A DNA stretch of 63,552 nt, the filler included, from Reticulomyxa filosa (lineage: Eukaryota > Protista > Foraminifera), in assembly GCA_000512085.1 (NCBI GenBank). It is 25 parts of 25 records of this genome, joined end to end, with 100 filler letters (N's around TTAATTAATTAA, not from the genome) between each part and the next. Parts side by side here need not be neighbours in the genome. Positions count along the whole stretch, not along the records: positions 51,031 to 53,016 come from ASPP01047313.1; positions 53,117 to 57,415 come from ASPP01043224.1; positions 57,516 to 59,556 come from ASPP01023839.1; positions 59,657 to 63,552 come from ASPP01023698.1; 21 more parts are not named here. One strand, given 5' to 3'. The notes beneath the pieces were generated by a model. It worked only from the letters and a program-made list of their open reading frames with translations. It did not search any database and was not told the DNA's origin. The position numbers and the translations under genes are program-made. Below are positions 51,031 through 63,552 of this stretch, one piece after another (positions within the stretch are counted from its first letter, which is position 1; every line of letters begins with the position of its first letter).

Positions 51031-52445
51031 ATGAATGCCGTTTACTCTAATAAAAGTTTTTTGCGAGTGTTAATGTTAAATGAAATGAATGCGCTTGACA
51101 AAATAAAACACGTATCGCTGCCGAACCCTGAAGTGTTGGAGAAAGATAAAAAATTTAAAAATAAGATGATACCCAATCCCGATGAAAAAATGTGTATAAT
51201 AAGAAATACCGGGATATGGATTATAAAAGAAGACCTTGTGAATAATATTGTGATAATTGCCCGAAGTGGCACGAAAAAGTTTATTAAAATAGGCCAGTTT
51301 GGTGTTGGCTTTTATAGCGCCTATTTAGTGATTGAGCGCGTGGTGGTGAGAAGTAAGCAAAGTAAAAGCAACGAGAACGAACAACATGTGTGGAAAATTA
51401 AAGCAAGCGGCACTTTCAGGGTTTGTAATGACAGCGATAACTCGTACCAGATAAAACGGGGAACTGAGATATACTTATACTTAAAAGATGAATGAGCAAA
51501 ATTTTGTAAGGAAAAAACTGTAAAAGAAATTGTTAGAAAACACTCGCAATTAGTTGTTTTCCTGGTCAACTTGTTGACAATCAAAGAAGAAGAAAAGGTT
51601 TTGCGTTGGTGTTTAATTTATTTTGGATATACGTACATACGTGGGGGGGAAGTGTTGCTACTTTTTTTTAAGAAAAAAAAAAAGCTTGAATTGTTATTTG
51701 TGCCAAAGAAGGCACCATTGGATCAGACGATGAAAGAGAAGAACATTAAACTATTCGTTCCAAGAGTTTTTATTGTTGACGATTGTAAGGATCTTTCCAC
51801 TGGATATCTGTCGTTCATTCGTTGTTTAGAGGATATCGAATGTTTGCCCTTAACCGAAGGAGAAAAAAAAGTTAGTTTTTTTTTAAAAGTATACTTATTT
51901 AAAAAAAAACATTACGTATAATTGGTTTTTGTGTGTTTTTATAGAAAGTGGCTTATGAATCTCTGACGAAAAAAATGAAAGAGATCCTGGGTCACAAGGT
52001 GGAAAAAGTCATTGTCGTCTATCGAATGGTTTATTTGCCATGTTCTTTGGCTACGAGGAAATATGGATGGTCGGCGAATATTGAAAGAATTATTAAGGCT
52101 CAAGCCTTAAGAGATAATTCGATGACACAATACGTGCAATCGAAGAAAACAATTGAAGAAAAATTTGCAGCAGACCCATTCGATAAAACAATTAAAGATA
52201 TGTTGCTGTTATTCGAAACAGCCTTGTTGACCGATGGATTCAGCTTGGAGGAACCAGTAAAATTTGATGGGAGTATCCATAAATTAATTAAATTTTTTAT
52301 CATCTTCATCATAATCAAAAATGCTAATGTCCCTCAAGAAGCCACAAAAAAGGACCAGAAGAACAAACGACGAACGAACCAGACGATGAAGCAGAAAATG
52401 CCGACGTGGAAAAGGAAGAAATATCATCAATGTAAGAAATTAGTC
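51031..52445 (+). pseudogene. HSP90: Cytosolic Hsp90 pseudogene
   Basis: Degenerate YSNK..LR.L, KEDLVNN..IARSGTK, IGQFGVGFYSAYLV, KRGTEIYLYLK, LLFVPKKAP, NIKLFVPRVFI, YGWSANIERIIKAQALRD, LFETALL. In-frame stops, large deletions, and the terminal MEEVD is decayed to M*EIS. Confidence 0.92.
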
Positions 52446-53121
52446 TTGTGTAAAGTGAAACAAAGAAATGGTCATTCTTTTTTGTTTTCCCGCCGATTTG
52501 TTTTTTAATTTTTATTTTAACTTTGATATTTTTAAAATGAATATATTCTAAAATCTATTCAGTAGCAAATTTTTTTAAAGCATTATCAAGTCGCAAAGTA
52601 GTAAATCTGTTCTGAAAATACTTTTTAAAAAGAAATTCGATATTATTTTTCGTGATTCACCAAGTCTAAAGTATTTATTTTCTTGGTAAAAAAGTGCACA
52701 ATAATCTATTTTCATATCCTTTTGTTCGCAAACAACTACAACTTTAATAAAAATATGCAGAGTACTTTTCTTGTTTCTGTACCACTGTGATCATTTTTGG
52801 ATTTTTCAGTTAAACAGAAATGATCAAGATCGGAACCGTAAGTCCGCTTTACATTTGTTAGGGTTATGTCGAATTATGTTTAGTAGTTTTAAAATTAAAA
52901 AACTGTATTATTTAAAATATTGTTTGTTAATCAAGCAGAGCAACAAATGAATGGCCATACATCAAAGAAAAAAAAACTGACTGGGGGTCTGTGCTTTGAA
53001 ATTTACATTTTTTTTTNNNNNNNNNNNNNNNNNNNNNNNNNNNNNNNNNNNNNNNNNNNNTTAATTAATTAANNNNNNNNNNNNNNNNNNNNNNNNNNNN
53101 NNNNNNNNNNNNNNNNTTTTG

Positions 53122-53162
<41 letters not shown>

Positions 53163-56100
53163 TGAAGGTTTTTTGTTATTAGAGATAGAGAAGAGTGAAT
53201 GACTGTTCGTATTTGTATGTGGTGTGCATTTTGATTAACTTTTTTAGTGAATTTCTTTTTCTTTTATTTTTATTTTTATTATTAATTCCTGAAATTGTTA
53301 TTATGATATCATGTTCCTGCGCTGTTCCTATTCCTGCGTCGTAATTAAAAAAACGTGGCTCCCCTTCAAAATCTGTTGTTGCTGCACGCAAGACCACTTA
53401 TTTGATGCAGTATTTGCATCGCAGGAGTCGTCGATGCCAGCCAGTCCTGCAAACGAGATAGCGATAGTCCACAGATGTGGACAATAACGATGACGACTCA
53501 GACAGACGCGTATATCTATGGACAGCCATGTGGCTTGTGCCATTCGATATTACGCGCATTAGGGATGCATCGCATCCCCTTCATAAAGTGGTCCCCCATT
53601 TGAGAACAAAGTGGCCATGCAACACCGAAGGAGCAACGGCCGTCACAAGCGCAGCTTACCGTATTCCAAAGTTTAGCTTCTATTTTCACCAACTTGTGTT
53701 TATAATTTCTAAATCACACCTTGCAATCTTTGTGTTTGTTTGTAATAGAATGTGAAAATTGGATATTCAAAGATGCCGGTATTGCCGTTATATTTAAATT
53801 TAATTTTTTTGTTTTTTTATTAATTTAAGTATTTTTGTTAATTAATTAATTTTATTTAAATTAATGATATTTATAATATTTATAATGATTTATTATATAT
53901 TACATCCAGCATTCTTCAGACCAAATTTTTTGATAATCCAATTATCTTTCTTTTTGCAGGACCCCGATATATTTACGTGTGTTAACACACATGTTGATTA
54001 TTACATTCGCTATTTTCATTAAAAGCAAAGCAATGATTTGTTTTTCAAACATTTTTACTTAAACCAATGAAAAAGTATACAAACCAAGTTTGAAAGGTGG
54101 ATTTTGGCATTCAAAAAGTAAAATCTTTGTATATTGGCTGTGAATGTCGTAATGGTGATATGAGTATGGAGTCGATGCTGTAAAGTGAAGGTGGCAGCTC
54201 ACATATTGCAACTTCATGGCCGAGTCGATGCAGGGTAAGCATTGCGAGTTTCTCTCTTGCATGTTCTCTCGTCCGCAGTCACAAGCGCACAGTCACTGTG
54301 TTATTGTCATTACCATGTTACCCACACGTTCACAGTGGAGAGTTTCAGAAATACAACTTCGCCACTCGATATTCTTCATTTTGTGCGTTGAATGTGTCAT
54401 CAATCTCCGCCTTTTTTTTTTTTCCAATTGCTTTCCAATATGCGAACAAATAAATAAATAGATTTGCATACGTATAAAAAATCATTTGCAAAATAATGCA
54501 CTCAAAAAAAAAAAAATTTATAAAAGAACATGCAAAGTGATAATATGCACATGATAATGACCTCCACGTTGCAATGCTTCGAAAATTGATAGAGTCTTGC
54601 TACGTGTGGGATTGAGTAGTCATCACAGGCAAAGTGCTAATAACGGTGGTAACGATTTGTATATCGGACATTGTTATTCATTTTCTGTGAATTGTGAGTA
54701 AAATTGTCCATTCGATGAGAGGAGCGTGGCAATCATGCAACTCGACTCTTATCCATTCTATTCGATCTGCTCTCTTTCATTGTAATGCTGTTCTCTCACC
54801 ATCTTTCATTATTCTCTTCTTTGTTTTTCTTTACCGACTGTTTGTTGTTTTTGTGACTCATTTATGTTCGTTTTTTTTTTTGGACAGCACATCGTTTATA
54901 GTTTTTTAACAGAGGCAGAAAAACAAAGTTACAAAAGTAGCATCCAATTAGGAACAAAGTTTGAGTTGGCGCAACGAGGCAATTTCGGCTATTACAAAAA
55001 GCTCGTTTTCAAAATTCCACTTTTTATTACAAAACAAAGAAACAAAACATCTTGTAGTTTAAAAAAAAATGAATCAACGTTAATGAGATATTAACAATAT
55101 CCGATAACATTTTTGTTTGCAATTTTTTGTTCAAGAGAACTGCAAATGTCAGTAACAGTTGGAAGCATAATAATGACAACTCCTTTTTCTCAAAAACAAT
55201 GTTCACAAAATTCACATATCAGTATTGACCAGAAACAACTCATTTTCTTTTCTTCTTCTAGCTCCTTCAGACATTTGCTGTTATCATATATCATATCTTA
55301 GAGGAGCAAATAGCTTTCTACGCGTTTTCAACCGTTTACACTAACAACTTGAGGCACACTCAATCAAATTGGAAAAAGATAGTCCGAAAAAAGATACACA
55401 ATCCCAAAACAGGACAATAATCTTGGATATGATACAAAAATCGAAAACATAGCAATTGCATCGACTGGATATCCTCCATTATCGAAATAGATCGTATGCA
55501 GACAATAACGAATTGGAATATCATTTCAAGTGAGCTTCAATATGTGTGTATGTAATCTATCAATCTTGAACACAAATGACATACGACGAGAACGTATTGT
55601 TTGTGACTCAGTTGGTCTGTAAACCAAGGAAACAAGGAGGAAAAAACGCTGGTCGAGAACGACAACGAGGAGGAGGCGAATGGTAACGACAATGACAATG
55701 ATAATAACAAATAAAGACACTAGTGTGAATGCGATGACGAAAGTTAAATGACGATGATGCTGACAATAAAAATAACAAGACAAAATCAATGAACATCACG
55801 AATGCATACCACACGAGATACGCAAAAAGCCTGTGAGTGAGGCCGAAGAAGTCGCAGTGGAAAATCGTTGTCGAACATAGCGAAGTGAACAGCAAGATAA
55901 CAATCGTCTTTCTGGAGTTTTACGACGGGTATTATACTCTGATCCTTTGAAACGTTTGTCCGAGAATTGGACCCTTGGCCTTCCAATTCAAGGATTGACC
56001 CTTCAATTTTCCTCACCTCTCTCCTCCTTTCTTACAAACTTGACCAGAGATTTTCTTTTTTGGATAGATTTGGGGTGCATGTTACTTTTTTTCCTCCAAG

Positions 56101-56439
56101 AAAAATGACATCATGTCAATTAGAGATTTCTAACCTTTTTTTTTTCTCTCAAATACAAGTAAGATATCACACATCTGAAAGAAAGCAAAGTAACTTTCCA
56201 TCCCGTTATAAATACGAATACTGACATTCAAAAACCTACACAAAATTGCATAAAACTTGATTGCATAACTACTCCACGAAAACATTAGACTTTGTCTGGA
56301 AAGAAGACAAAGGATGCAGAAAAATGCAAAGATGTTGCATAACGAAAATCACAAGTAAAAAAAAAAGTCAATAGCTGTGGAGGCTTTTCAAAATGTCGCA
56401 ACAGATTATCCACTTACAACAAAACAAGCAAGAAAAAAA

Positions 56440-57415
56440 TTTACACAAATGGACATAACAAATCTAGAAACGATTGGAATATTTGATATGATATCACCAA
56501 GACCAGAATAAGTTTGGCAATATTTCAGACAGATTGAGGAGTTGGCCAGGGCAGGACATGGGTTTAGAACGTTTTGTAGGGCATGCCATACATTTCTTTT
56601 GTTTTGATTGGCCTTTGCCGGATTGTACCAAATGCTCGAAGAATCCTCCAGTATTGCGCAGCCGAGTTCATTTATCCTATTGCAAAGTTTTGTGATGTTA
56701 CACGCTGTTTGAAATTGTACATAGAGCATTTCTACACAAAACAAACAAACTTTGTCCAACTTTTTGTTGTCATTGGGGACAGCATATCGAAGGCCACCAC
56801 GCACTTGCGGTGAAAGCGATATCATTATATCGGGCATCACCTTTTTGTTAAAGATGTTGCATTTAATTCATAGACATACCGAAAAAATCTTGCCATTAGG
56901 AATACCAACATAACAAAAAAAAAAGATTTTTTTTTATATACGTATAAAAACGTTTTCGTTTGCACGAGCTCAAAAAAAAAAAGAAAAAAAACATGAAATC
57001 AAACTTCTTGGCAATCAAATCTTCAAATCCTTGGCAGTGCGAACGACCATCTTCAAATTGATGAAAACACATTGCAAAGTCTTTGCAAAGCTTGTACGGA
57101 GCAATCACTTGGTCAAATCCCTTTTCGTGAATGTTGATCTGCATACCAGCCGCGAACAAGGTGCGATCTTCACACTTATTCCTCGCGAACCTTTTTTTTG
57201 TCGCTTTGTCGAACAACTGACCAGTCCTCCAAATACCACCAACGTCTCCGCGCAATCACTTGTTTGCAACAGGATAGTCTTACTCTTTGACTCTTCCCTT
57301 AGCCAGCCTTCCATGGACTACGAGCCTTTGTTAACCCCAATATTGCTCCGCAACGTCCAGGTTGGTTATTACACCACGAGGGACACACTTGTGCGACAAT
57401 GTTGGACTTTTGTTT
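56440..57415 (+). pseudogene. Disrupted fragment of a large helical protein gene
   Basis: Coding-like segments (VWQYFRQIEELARAGHGFRTF; ORF 57031-57415) with stops. There is weak resemblance to the C-terminal region of USP9X/24/34. Confidence 0.3.
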
Positions 57416-57818
57416 NNNNNNNNNNNNNNNNNNNNNNNNNNNNNNNNNNNNNNNNNNNNTTAATTAATTAANNNNNNNNNNNNNNNNNNNNNNNNNNNNN
57501 NNNNNNNNNNNNNNNAAATTCAGAGGAAGATATAAACAATTTATTGAGACGATTGGGGAATTGCAATGCCATTAGCAATAATAAAAGCGGAAGTGGAAGA
57601 AAAATCGACAAATGATTACAATCAAGGTGCATTAGCCCGATCGAATTCGGTTATGAATTTGAACACAATGTGCAAAAACTTGGGTTTGTTACGCAATGAA
57701 GTTTTAAACGTATAATAGTTCCGATTGGGATTTAATTGTTGTAACAGAAGATCGTTTATCCAAGTCAAAGAATAATAATAAAAAAAAAGATGAAAATGCT
57801 TTTTATTCGATAAACAAT

Positions 57819-58289
57819 ATGGACGCGTACGTATTAAGTGCTACGCAATGGCAAAATGAAATGTTGTCTCATCATCGATTCCTTTGTTGGCTAGTCTTGT
57901 TTTTACCAGACAACGCCGTGTGGAAAGAGATTCTTCCAATGTATGCATTTCCTAAAGATCGATCACTTGTGTTGGAGTGGCCGACATTGATGGCGAGTGT
58001 GAAAAAAGAAGTTTTGAGAGATTCCAAAAAAATGCAAAAGTTCTGGGATCAAAATAAACAATCTAAAGCAAAGAAAACTTTTACACATATCTTGCGAATG
58101 GTTTGGTTGGCCAAAGAAATAATATCATATTTTCAGACACAACTACAAACACAACAACTTCCCAAAATAATGGAACTGGACCCTTTTCGGAAGGAGTTTT
58201 ACCCAAAAAGTTGTTATACGTACATTTTGAACAGTTTGGAAAAGTTTAATTATACAAAGATTTCTCAGTTTTTGTTTATTTTTCTTTGA
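57819..58289 (+). CDS. C-terminal part of a putative nucleotidyltransferase-like protein
   Basis: DAYVLS..W...L.HH..L.WLVLFLP..VWKE...L.W..L..SV...K..K....KAKKTFTHILRMVWLAKEII resembles the helical C-terminal half of a Pol-beta-type NTase family in protists, giant viruses and bacteria. The GS/DxD motif is not seen. Confidence 0.45.
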   Translation: MDAYVLSATQWQNEMLSHHRFLCWLVLFLPDNAVWKEILPMYAFPKDRSLVLEWPTLMASVKKEVLRDSKKMQKFWDQNKQSKAKKTFTHILRMVWLAKEIISYFQTQLQTQQLPKIMELDPFRKEFYPKSCYTYILNSLEKFNYTKISQFLFIFL

Positions 58290-58401
58290 TCATACTACAT
58301 TCACAGATATAAGAAAAATTGAAAAAACTATGAAACATGAACTAAAATCATTACCTTAATCTCACATGAAAAAACCAAAATATTTTTGTGAGTTATTGAA
58401 T

Positions 58402-59556
58402 TTAGTGTTTATCTTGAAAATGAAAGTCCAATTGTCTGTTTTGTATGAAAAAATCAAAATTAGTGCCTTTGCAAGTTTTAAAATGTTTTTTCATCTGATC
58501 AATATGTTTGATATTCTGCTGAGTACATTTGGGGCAAATTAATGCTTGTCTTCCAAAACTCTGATAATACTTTTTATCTAATTTGTTTAATGGTGGATTG
58601 TCTGAGTTTTGTATCCATTGAATCATGAAATGCAAAGGTACAAAAAAATCTGATGTGAAGCAATTCCATTTTTTCTGGGTCATATAGGGGCCATCCAAAT
58701 CATCCGACAGCATGTGCAAATGCAAACAACGTAAGCTTGGAACAATGTGAAATCCGCACAATATATTCGTTCGCAAATTCCAATGTTTCAGAGCTAGATT
58801 GCGCAAACTACATTTGAAAGACAACACAAAAAACAACAATAAAGAAGATAGAAAATGGGAATAATAATTAAAAAAAAAGAAGGCAAGTACAAACTGTTGA
58901 TAAAGGATTTGAGCAATGTCACTAATGGCCAAAAGAGTTTGCACATGTGCAAAATTTTTGGGATTTAAATCATGAATGGAGTCAATATAAACCGTCTTTG
59001 GCAAAACTAACAAATGAAGTTTTGCTTTAGGAAACAGATCATAGACAACAATAACATGCTCATTTTCCCAAAAAATGTTTTCAGACATTACTTTAGGCAA
59101 TACATTTGTATTGCAATTGACTCGGAGTTTCTGTTGATCAAAATCCCAGACATATTGTTTCAAACACAATTTGCCATTGAATGCAGTGTTTTGTTGTTGT
59201 TGTTGTTGTTGTTGTCTCAACAGTAATGGACAGTTATACGTTGTTACACTTTTCAACTGATTTTGGAGTGAGACTACGTCACTATACGTATAAAAAAGTG
59301 GAAATAAAGGAGCTGCTTTTTTAGAGCCTTTCGTCTCTATTTGGTCTATTTCAGTTTCTTTTTTTTCTACTTTTTCATCTTCTTCTCTTCTATCTTGTTT
59401 TTTAATGCAAATTTCTTTTTGGTTTTTTGCCAAATGTAATTGGTCGATTCGTTGAGCGTATGAATGCTTCAACACGGCAGCTACATTTCCATTTCCATCC
59501 ACATGATGTTCACGTGATGTAGTTATGTCAAGCACAGCCCCATCCACAAGAAGACG
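58402..59556 (-). CDS. APTX: Aprataxin (HIT nucleotide hydrolase plus zinc finger) with an N-terminal extension; 5' truncated
   Basis: VVYDLFPKAKLHLLVLPK, GFHIVPSLRCLHLHMLSDD, KKWNCFTSDFF, and finger LICPKC...MKKHFKTC. An 87-nt stopless GT-AG intron lies at 58808-58894. Confidence 0.92.
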   Translation of the reverse strand, partial: RLLVDGAVLDITTSREHHVDGNGNVAAVLKHSYAQRIDQLHLAKNQKEICIKKQDRREEDEKVEKKETEIDQIETKGSKKAAPLFPLFYTYSDVVSLQNQLKSVTTYNCPLLLRQQQQQQQQNTAFNGKLCLKQYVWDFDQQKLRVNCNTNVLPKVMSENIFWENEHVIVVYDLFPKAKLHLLVLPKTVYIDSIHDLNPKNFAHVQTLLAISDIAQILYQQFVLAFFFFNYYSHFLSSLLLFFVLSFKCSLRNLALKHWNLRTNILCGFHIVPSLRCLHLHMLSDDLDGPYMTQKKWNCFTSDFFVPLHFMIQWIQNSDNPPLNKLDKKYYQSFGRQALICPKCTQQNIKHIDQMKKHFKTCKGTNFDFFIQNRQLDFHFQDKH

Positions 59557-59679
59557 NNNNNNNNNNNNNNNNNNNNNNNNNNNNNNNNNNNNNNNNNNNN
59601 TTAATTAATTAANNNNNNNNNNNNNNNNNNNNNNNNNNNNNNNNNNNNNNNNNNNNAAAAAAAAAAAAAAAAAAAAAAT

Positions 59680-62600
59680 ACATAAATAAACTTCCAAAAT
59701 TCGGCCATGAGGTAAAATCTCAACCCACGACGGAATTCCACCTCCGAAGGACACATATTCGAATCGATGGCGTACATTTTACCAATTGCAATGCAATCGT
59801 CGCGGCTCAAATACACCGTCTCTTGCATCTGGCTCTGCTTCATGGTAAAGTGGACAATGCTATTTTTTCGATAGATGTAGTCAATGTCCAAGGACGTGCT
59901 AAGACAGAGCGCTAAATGGTATGTGCATACTTTGCACTCGCCAATCGCCAACAGTTTATCAAAGTCATTCCCCTTTTCAATCTGCTTCGTCAAGTTGGAC
60001 GCCGCATTGACAAATCGCTGTACGTCGAGTTTAAACTCGCCATTCAAGTACGCGATTTCTTTGAAGTGCAAGAGCTGCTCATGCGCACGCAATAGCAGCG
60101 CTGCAAATTCGCTGTGCAGAGTGCAGGCATTTAAGTTTGACAACAGATGGGCTCGGATGGGATGATTTGGATCCTGTGTTATTCCAATGAACAAAGTTGA
60201 ATGCATTTTAGTTTAAGACATAGAGACTGTCAAGCGATTTTTTTTTTTTTTTTTTTTTTTTACTAAAATAAATAAATAAATAAATACATAAATAAATATG
60301 TATATACATATATGTCAACTCAACTTGTTGAATCAAAGACATGAGTTGAATAGCAATTTCCATTTTGGTAAACGCATTGGGTCGAATACAAAATTGGATA
60401 TCCTGCTCAGCTAACAAATGAATTAACTTTTCAATGAATTCTTCGGAAAGCGCAAATGAATTGTTGGAATTGAGAAGATGGTCCACCTTCAATCCAAAAA
60501 AGCGCAGATAGTTTTGAGTCACAAATTGCAAAATGGAGTCCTTTTCCTTGATATCTTGGACACGTCGTCCGATGACAGTGTTGAGGTCTTCCAACAATTT
60601 CTCAAGAGTTTCAAAATCATCAAACGCGCAATGGACGAAGCGCGTGTTAATTTGGTGCAATATTCTGGCATCCACTTCATAGTTGTTTGCATTGGCGCAT
60701 AGAATGTCCAAGCGCAGCAGGTCCCATGTCTTTTGGAGTTCGGCAATGTCAACCTTCTTTGAGGATAGCCACAACATCAACTGTTCAAATGCGCGTGATA
60801 ACGAGCTCAGATATTCCAGACGAGCTTGCAATTGCTCTTGAGAGGTCGAATTGAAGCTTTCTTTTGCACTGTGTAAAACCAAGCCTAAGATCTCCGTTAT
60901 ATGTTCGACGTAGTTTCCTTTTTTTTCCCAAACTATTTTTTATTAAAAAAAGATTCAATGTTAAAATTGTATTATACAATAAACATATATGCATATATAT
61001 ATATATGTATATATATGTATATGTATATAAACCATTGACTTGTTCCAATGGAAATAAAACTACCTTCATGCAATTTTCCCATTTGTTCCGGATTATGTCG
61101 CAGGACTGACAAAACCTCAACGAAGCTATACAAGACGGGTTCATGTGACCACAAGGAAGCATATATTTCTTGCACTTGAAACGACTTCAACGACACGTCG
61201 CTGTCATTTTGTACCGATGGCTCATCTACGTGAGGGTCGTTATCGTCGTCTTGGTTCTCGATCAGCCACGAGCGTGCATATATGTCTTCTTCATTGTCAT
61301 ATTTGTTGTCATCATTGTCGTTGCCATTGTCATTGTTATTGTCATTGTTATTGTCATTGTTATTGCCATTGTCATTGTCATTGTCGTTGTTATCGTCACC
61401 ATTCTCCTTCTCTTTGCCATTTGCAAGACGGCCACTGTTGCTTCTGGCAGCTGCAAACTGCCTGTCTTTGGAGTAACGATCAAATAAACTCGTCGCGGCG
61501 TGCTGCACAAACAAACACACCTGTTTGTGCAAATGGGAATATAAAATGGGCTCATAGCGATTCAAGCCGAGCGGTCCTTTCGCTTCCAAGTGTATGATAT
61601 CCTCAATGTATTTGCACATTAGACTGCGCGGCAAATTATTCAGGTGTTGATTCACACCATTGCTTTCAATGGTTCGTCGTATTTCCTCGACTAAAAACTG
61701 CTCCGAGACGGAGTCGGTTGTCGCGCAGCCTTGGTGGTACGACGAGAGCAACGAGTGAATGTGACTGCTGAATGGGAACTTGCCACCTTCAGGGATGTCA
61801 TCTTTCGAAGCGACTTGGCTGTTGTGATCAGTCTGGGCAATTCGCGCAATTTTCGAGTTGCTCAAGATCTGCAAAAAGAACAGGTTGATCTCTTCGTGTT
61901 CTTTTTCTGAAGGTCGATAGAGCAGTGAGTTGCGATTTTCAAAAATAACTGCCAATGCTGAGCCAATATGGAGTGACGTATACACCAACACACAATTACT
62001 GGAAGAAGGAAGAAGAGGGGGGGGGGGGAAGCAAAAAAAGATGTTTGAAAAAAGACAAACCTTCAACGAACAAAGACTTAATCTTGCTTGCCAACTTTGC
62101 CATAAATTGGTTGCGAAGAGATCCCTCTCCACGGATTGTGTCGTTCAAAACCTCTTTCAGACACTCTATTGCTCCATAGCTTTCCTCGGACAATATTTCA
62201 TGGACGCGCTGATTTAAAATGTTTCGGAGTGCTCCATTGTCCTTCGCAGAGTCCGACAAATAGCCTCTGAGTTTTTGGATTTCGTCGTACATCACCTTTC
62301 GACATCCGGCCGGGAACTGGATGCAATTCAGAGCCAGCTCGTAGCAGTTCTTCAATAACTCCATACTGTTTGATTGAATACGTTTAATAATGAGGCCTTG
62401 GGAGTTTTCAAAGATTTTGACGTCGTTGATTTGCACTTCTTTGGAGACTTCGCTTGGCAGCAATGCGTCCACAAACACATGTCTCCAAATGCCACTGATT
62501 ATCAAAGGATGGCCGTATTCCGCGAATCCGGTCGTCTTTTTATGCAAAGTTTTTTTGAGTTTGTGCAATTTCTCCTGCTTCGATGCGTCCGTGATCGTCG

Positions 62601-63478
62601 GTCGATTGCAGTAAAACACCATAACCACGGTCTTTTTAAGAGACGCGTTTTGCCATGTGTCATTCCCAAGCTTGGCAAAATTGGTATATGCTTTTTCGAT
62701 TAGATATTGCGCGTGCAAGTAGTGGACGACCATGTCATCGTTCATTGGAGGATCACAAGAGAGCAATAAGACCGAGTGACTTCCTCTTCCTTGTGGAGAT
62801 TGGTTTCGGAAGAAATCACACATATGGGCAAAGAAATCAGATTCATACTCAAAGTCTCGAATATCCCTCATTTCAATTGTTACTACGTTTTCTATTTTGG
62901 ACTCTTTTTGTTCTTCCTCCTCCTTGTCCACAGCCGACGTATTGAACGAAGACATTCTTTCTGGGTTGATCACATAACAGCGGCCATTCCTTTTGATCTC
63001 GCCGTCGTAGAGCCAGTGGAAGTCATACGTTACAATCTTCAACAACACAAAGGGGGTCTTGTCATTCGCGCCTTCGCGTTCCAAAGCGTCCAACAGATCC
63101 GCGTACGGGATGAAATTGCGCTGCTGACCTTTGTCTTGGATTATATACTCCAATGCTGTATTCTTCAGCAGTATCTGACAGCAGTGGTCGACCACGCGTG
63201 CAATCTTGTGCTCGTCGTCTTCGTTTTCTTTTTGCTCAGATTTCGCACTGCTCAGCAGACTAATGAATGTGTGGCTCTCCACATAGCCGACAAACAGACG
63301 CTTGAGACTCGCCTGCGGATAGTCGCAAAACTTTTCCGCTATCACCGTGTTCAGGCGTTGATATCTTTGTTGCCACAATGGGTCCAAACTGAATTGCTCT
63401 AAAATCGTGGGGTCCAAGTAAAACTTTTCAAACCGACTCAAAAACGCCACTGGCGTGTGCAGATCAGGACTTAAATTC
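59680..63478 (-). CDS. RNF213 (mysterin)-like giant AAA+/E3 protein, internal multi-exon fragment
   Basis: Motifs occur in RNF213 order downstream of the second AAA module: PVAFLSRFEKFYL (cf. PIPLINRLEKHYL), LFVGY..HTFISLL (cf. VFIGYHSD..ASVV), DFEYESDF (cf. QFDTEYSF), WRHVFVDALL (cf. WQSVHIDDLR), FPFSSHI (cf. PFSW.I). Confidence 0.78.
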
Positions 63479-63552
63479 TGATTGTTTGAGAAAAAAAAAA
63501 AAATTATGTTTTTTTTAAACAGAGTTAAAACGTAAAAGAGAGAGAGAGAGAG

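Noticed and set aside
49525-56400. Short ORFs in 49525-50930 and 53117-56400 (also 18451-19864 and 30150-34859)
   Set aside because: They look like decayed coding DNA, but no motif could be recognised with enough support to call.
2372-59656. Regularly recurring palindrome TTAATTAATTAA as a biological repeat or array
   Set aside because: It is always centred in exactly 88 Ns. It is an artificial all-frame-stop contig linker, and ORFs ending in X-runs or 'LIN' are artefacts.
1-63552. tRNA, rRNA or CRISPR arrays
   Set aside because: None was recognised by eye; covariance-model scans were not run.

Overview
This window is not one locus. It is 25 short contigs (about 1.2-8.5 kb) joined by 24 identical artificial 100-nt linkers (N44-TTAATTAATTAA-N44, with stops in all frames), so adjacency across a linker has no biological meaning. 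The DNA is AT-rich, intron-containing eukaryotic protist sequence. The WD40, Kelch and TRAF-like paralog signatures and the many decayed genes suggest the foraminiferan Reticulomyxa filosa or a relative (inference, not verified). Recognisable content: a p62/NBR1-like ZZ-UBA pseudogene, a decayed LINE reverse transcriptase, a possible Mutator-like relic (SWIM/PHD/Ulp1 remnants), a RING-HC gene, a PUB-REM-RasGEF gene, a Kelch relic, two divergent WD40 genes, a sulfotransferase, a bacterial-type GH16 glycosidase, a bacterial-type cupin with introns, a tandem globin, an Hsp90 pseudogene, aprataxin next to a nucleotidyltransferase-like gene, and an RNF213-like giant ATPase/E3 fragment. The best candidate for something undescribed is a ~30-aa SOCS/F-box-like module on its own phase-0 exon, found N-terminal to WD40 and C-terminal to Kelch propellers. 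It co-occurs with a hairpin-bearing non-coding repeat (5 copies) that flanks genes of these families. Many introns also show a T-rich 5' end and an A-rich 3' end. All family calls come from motif recognition by eye; no searches were run.
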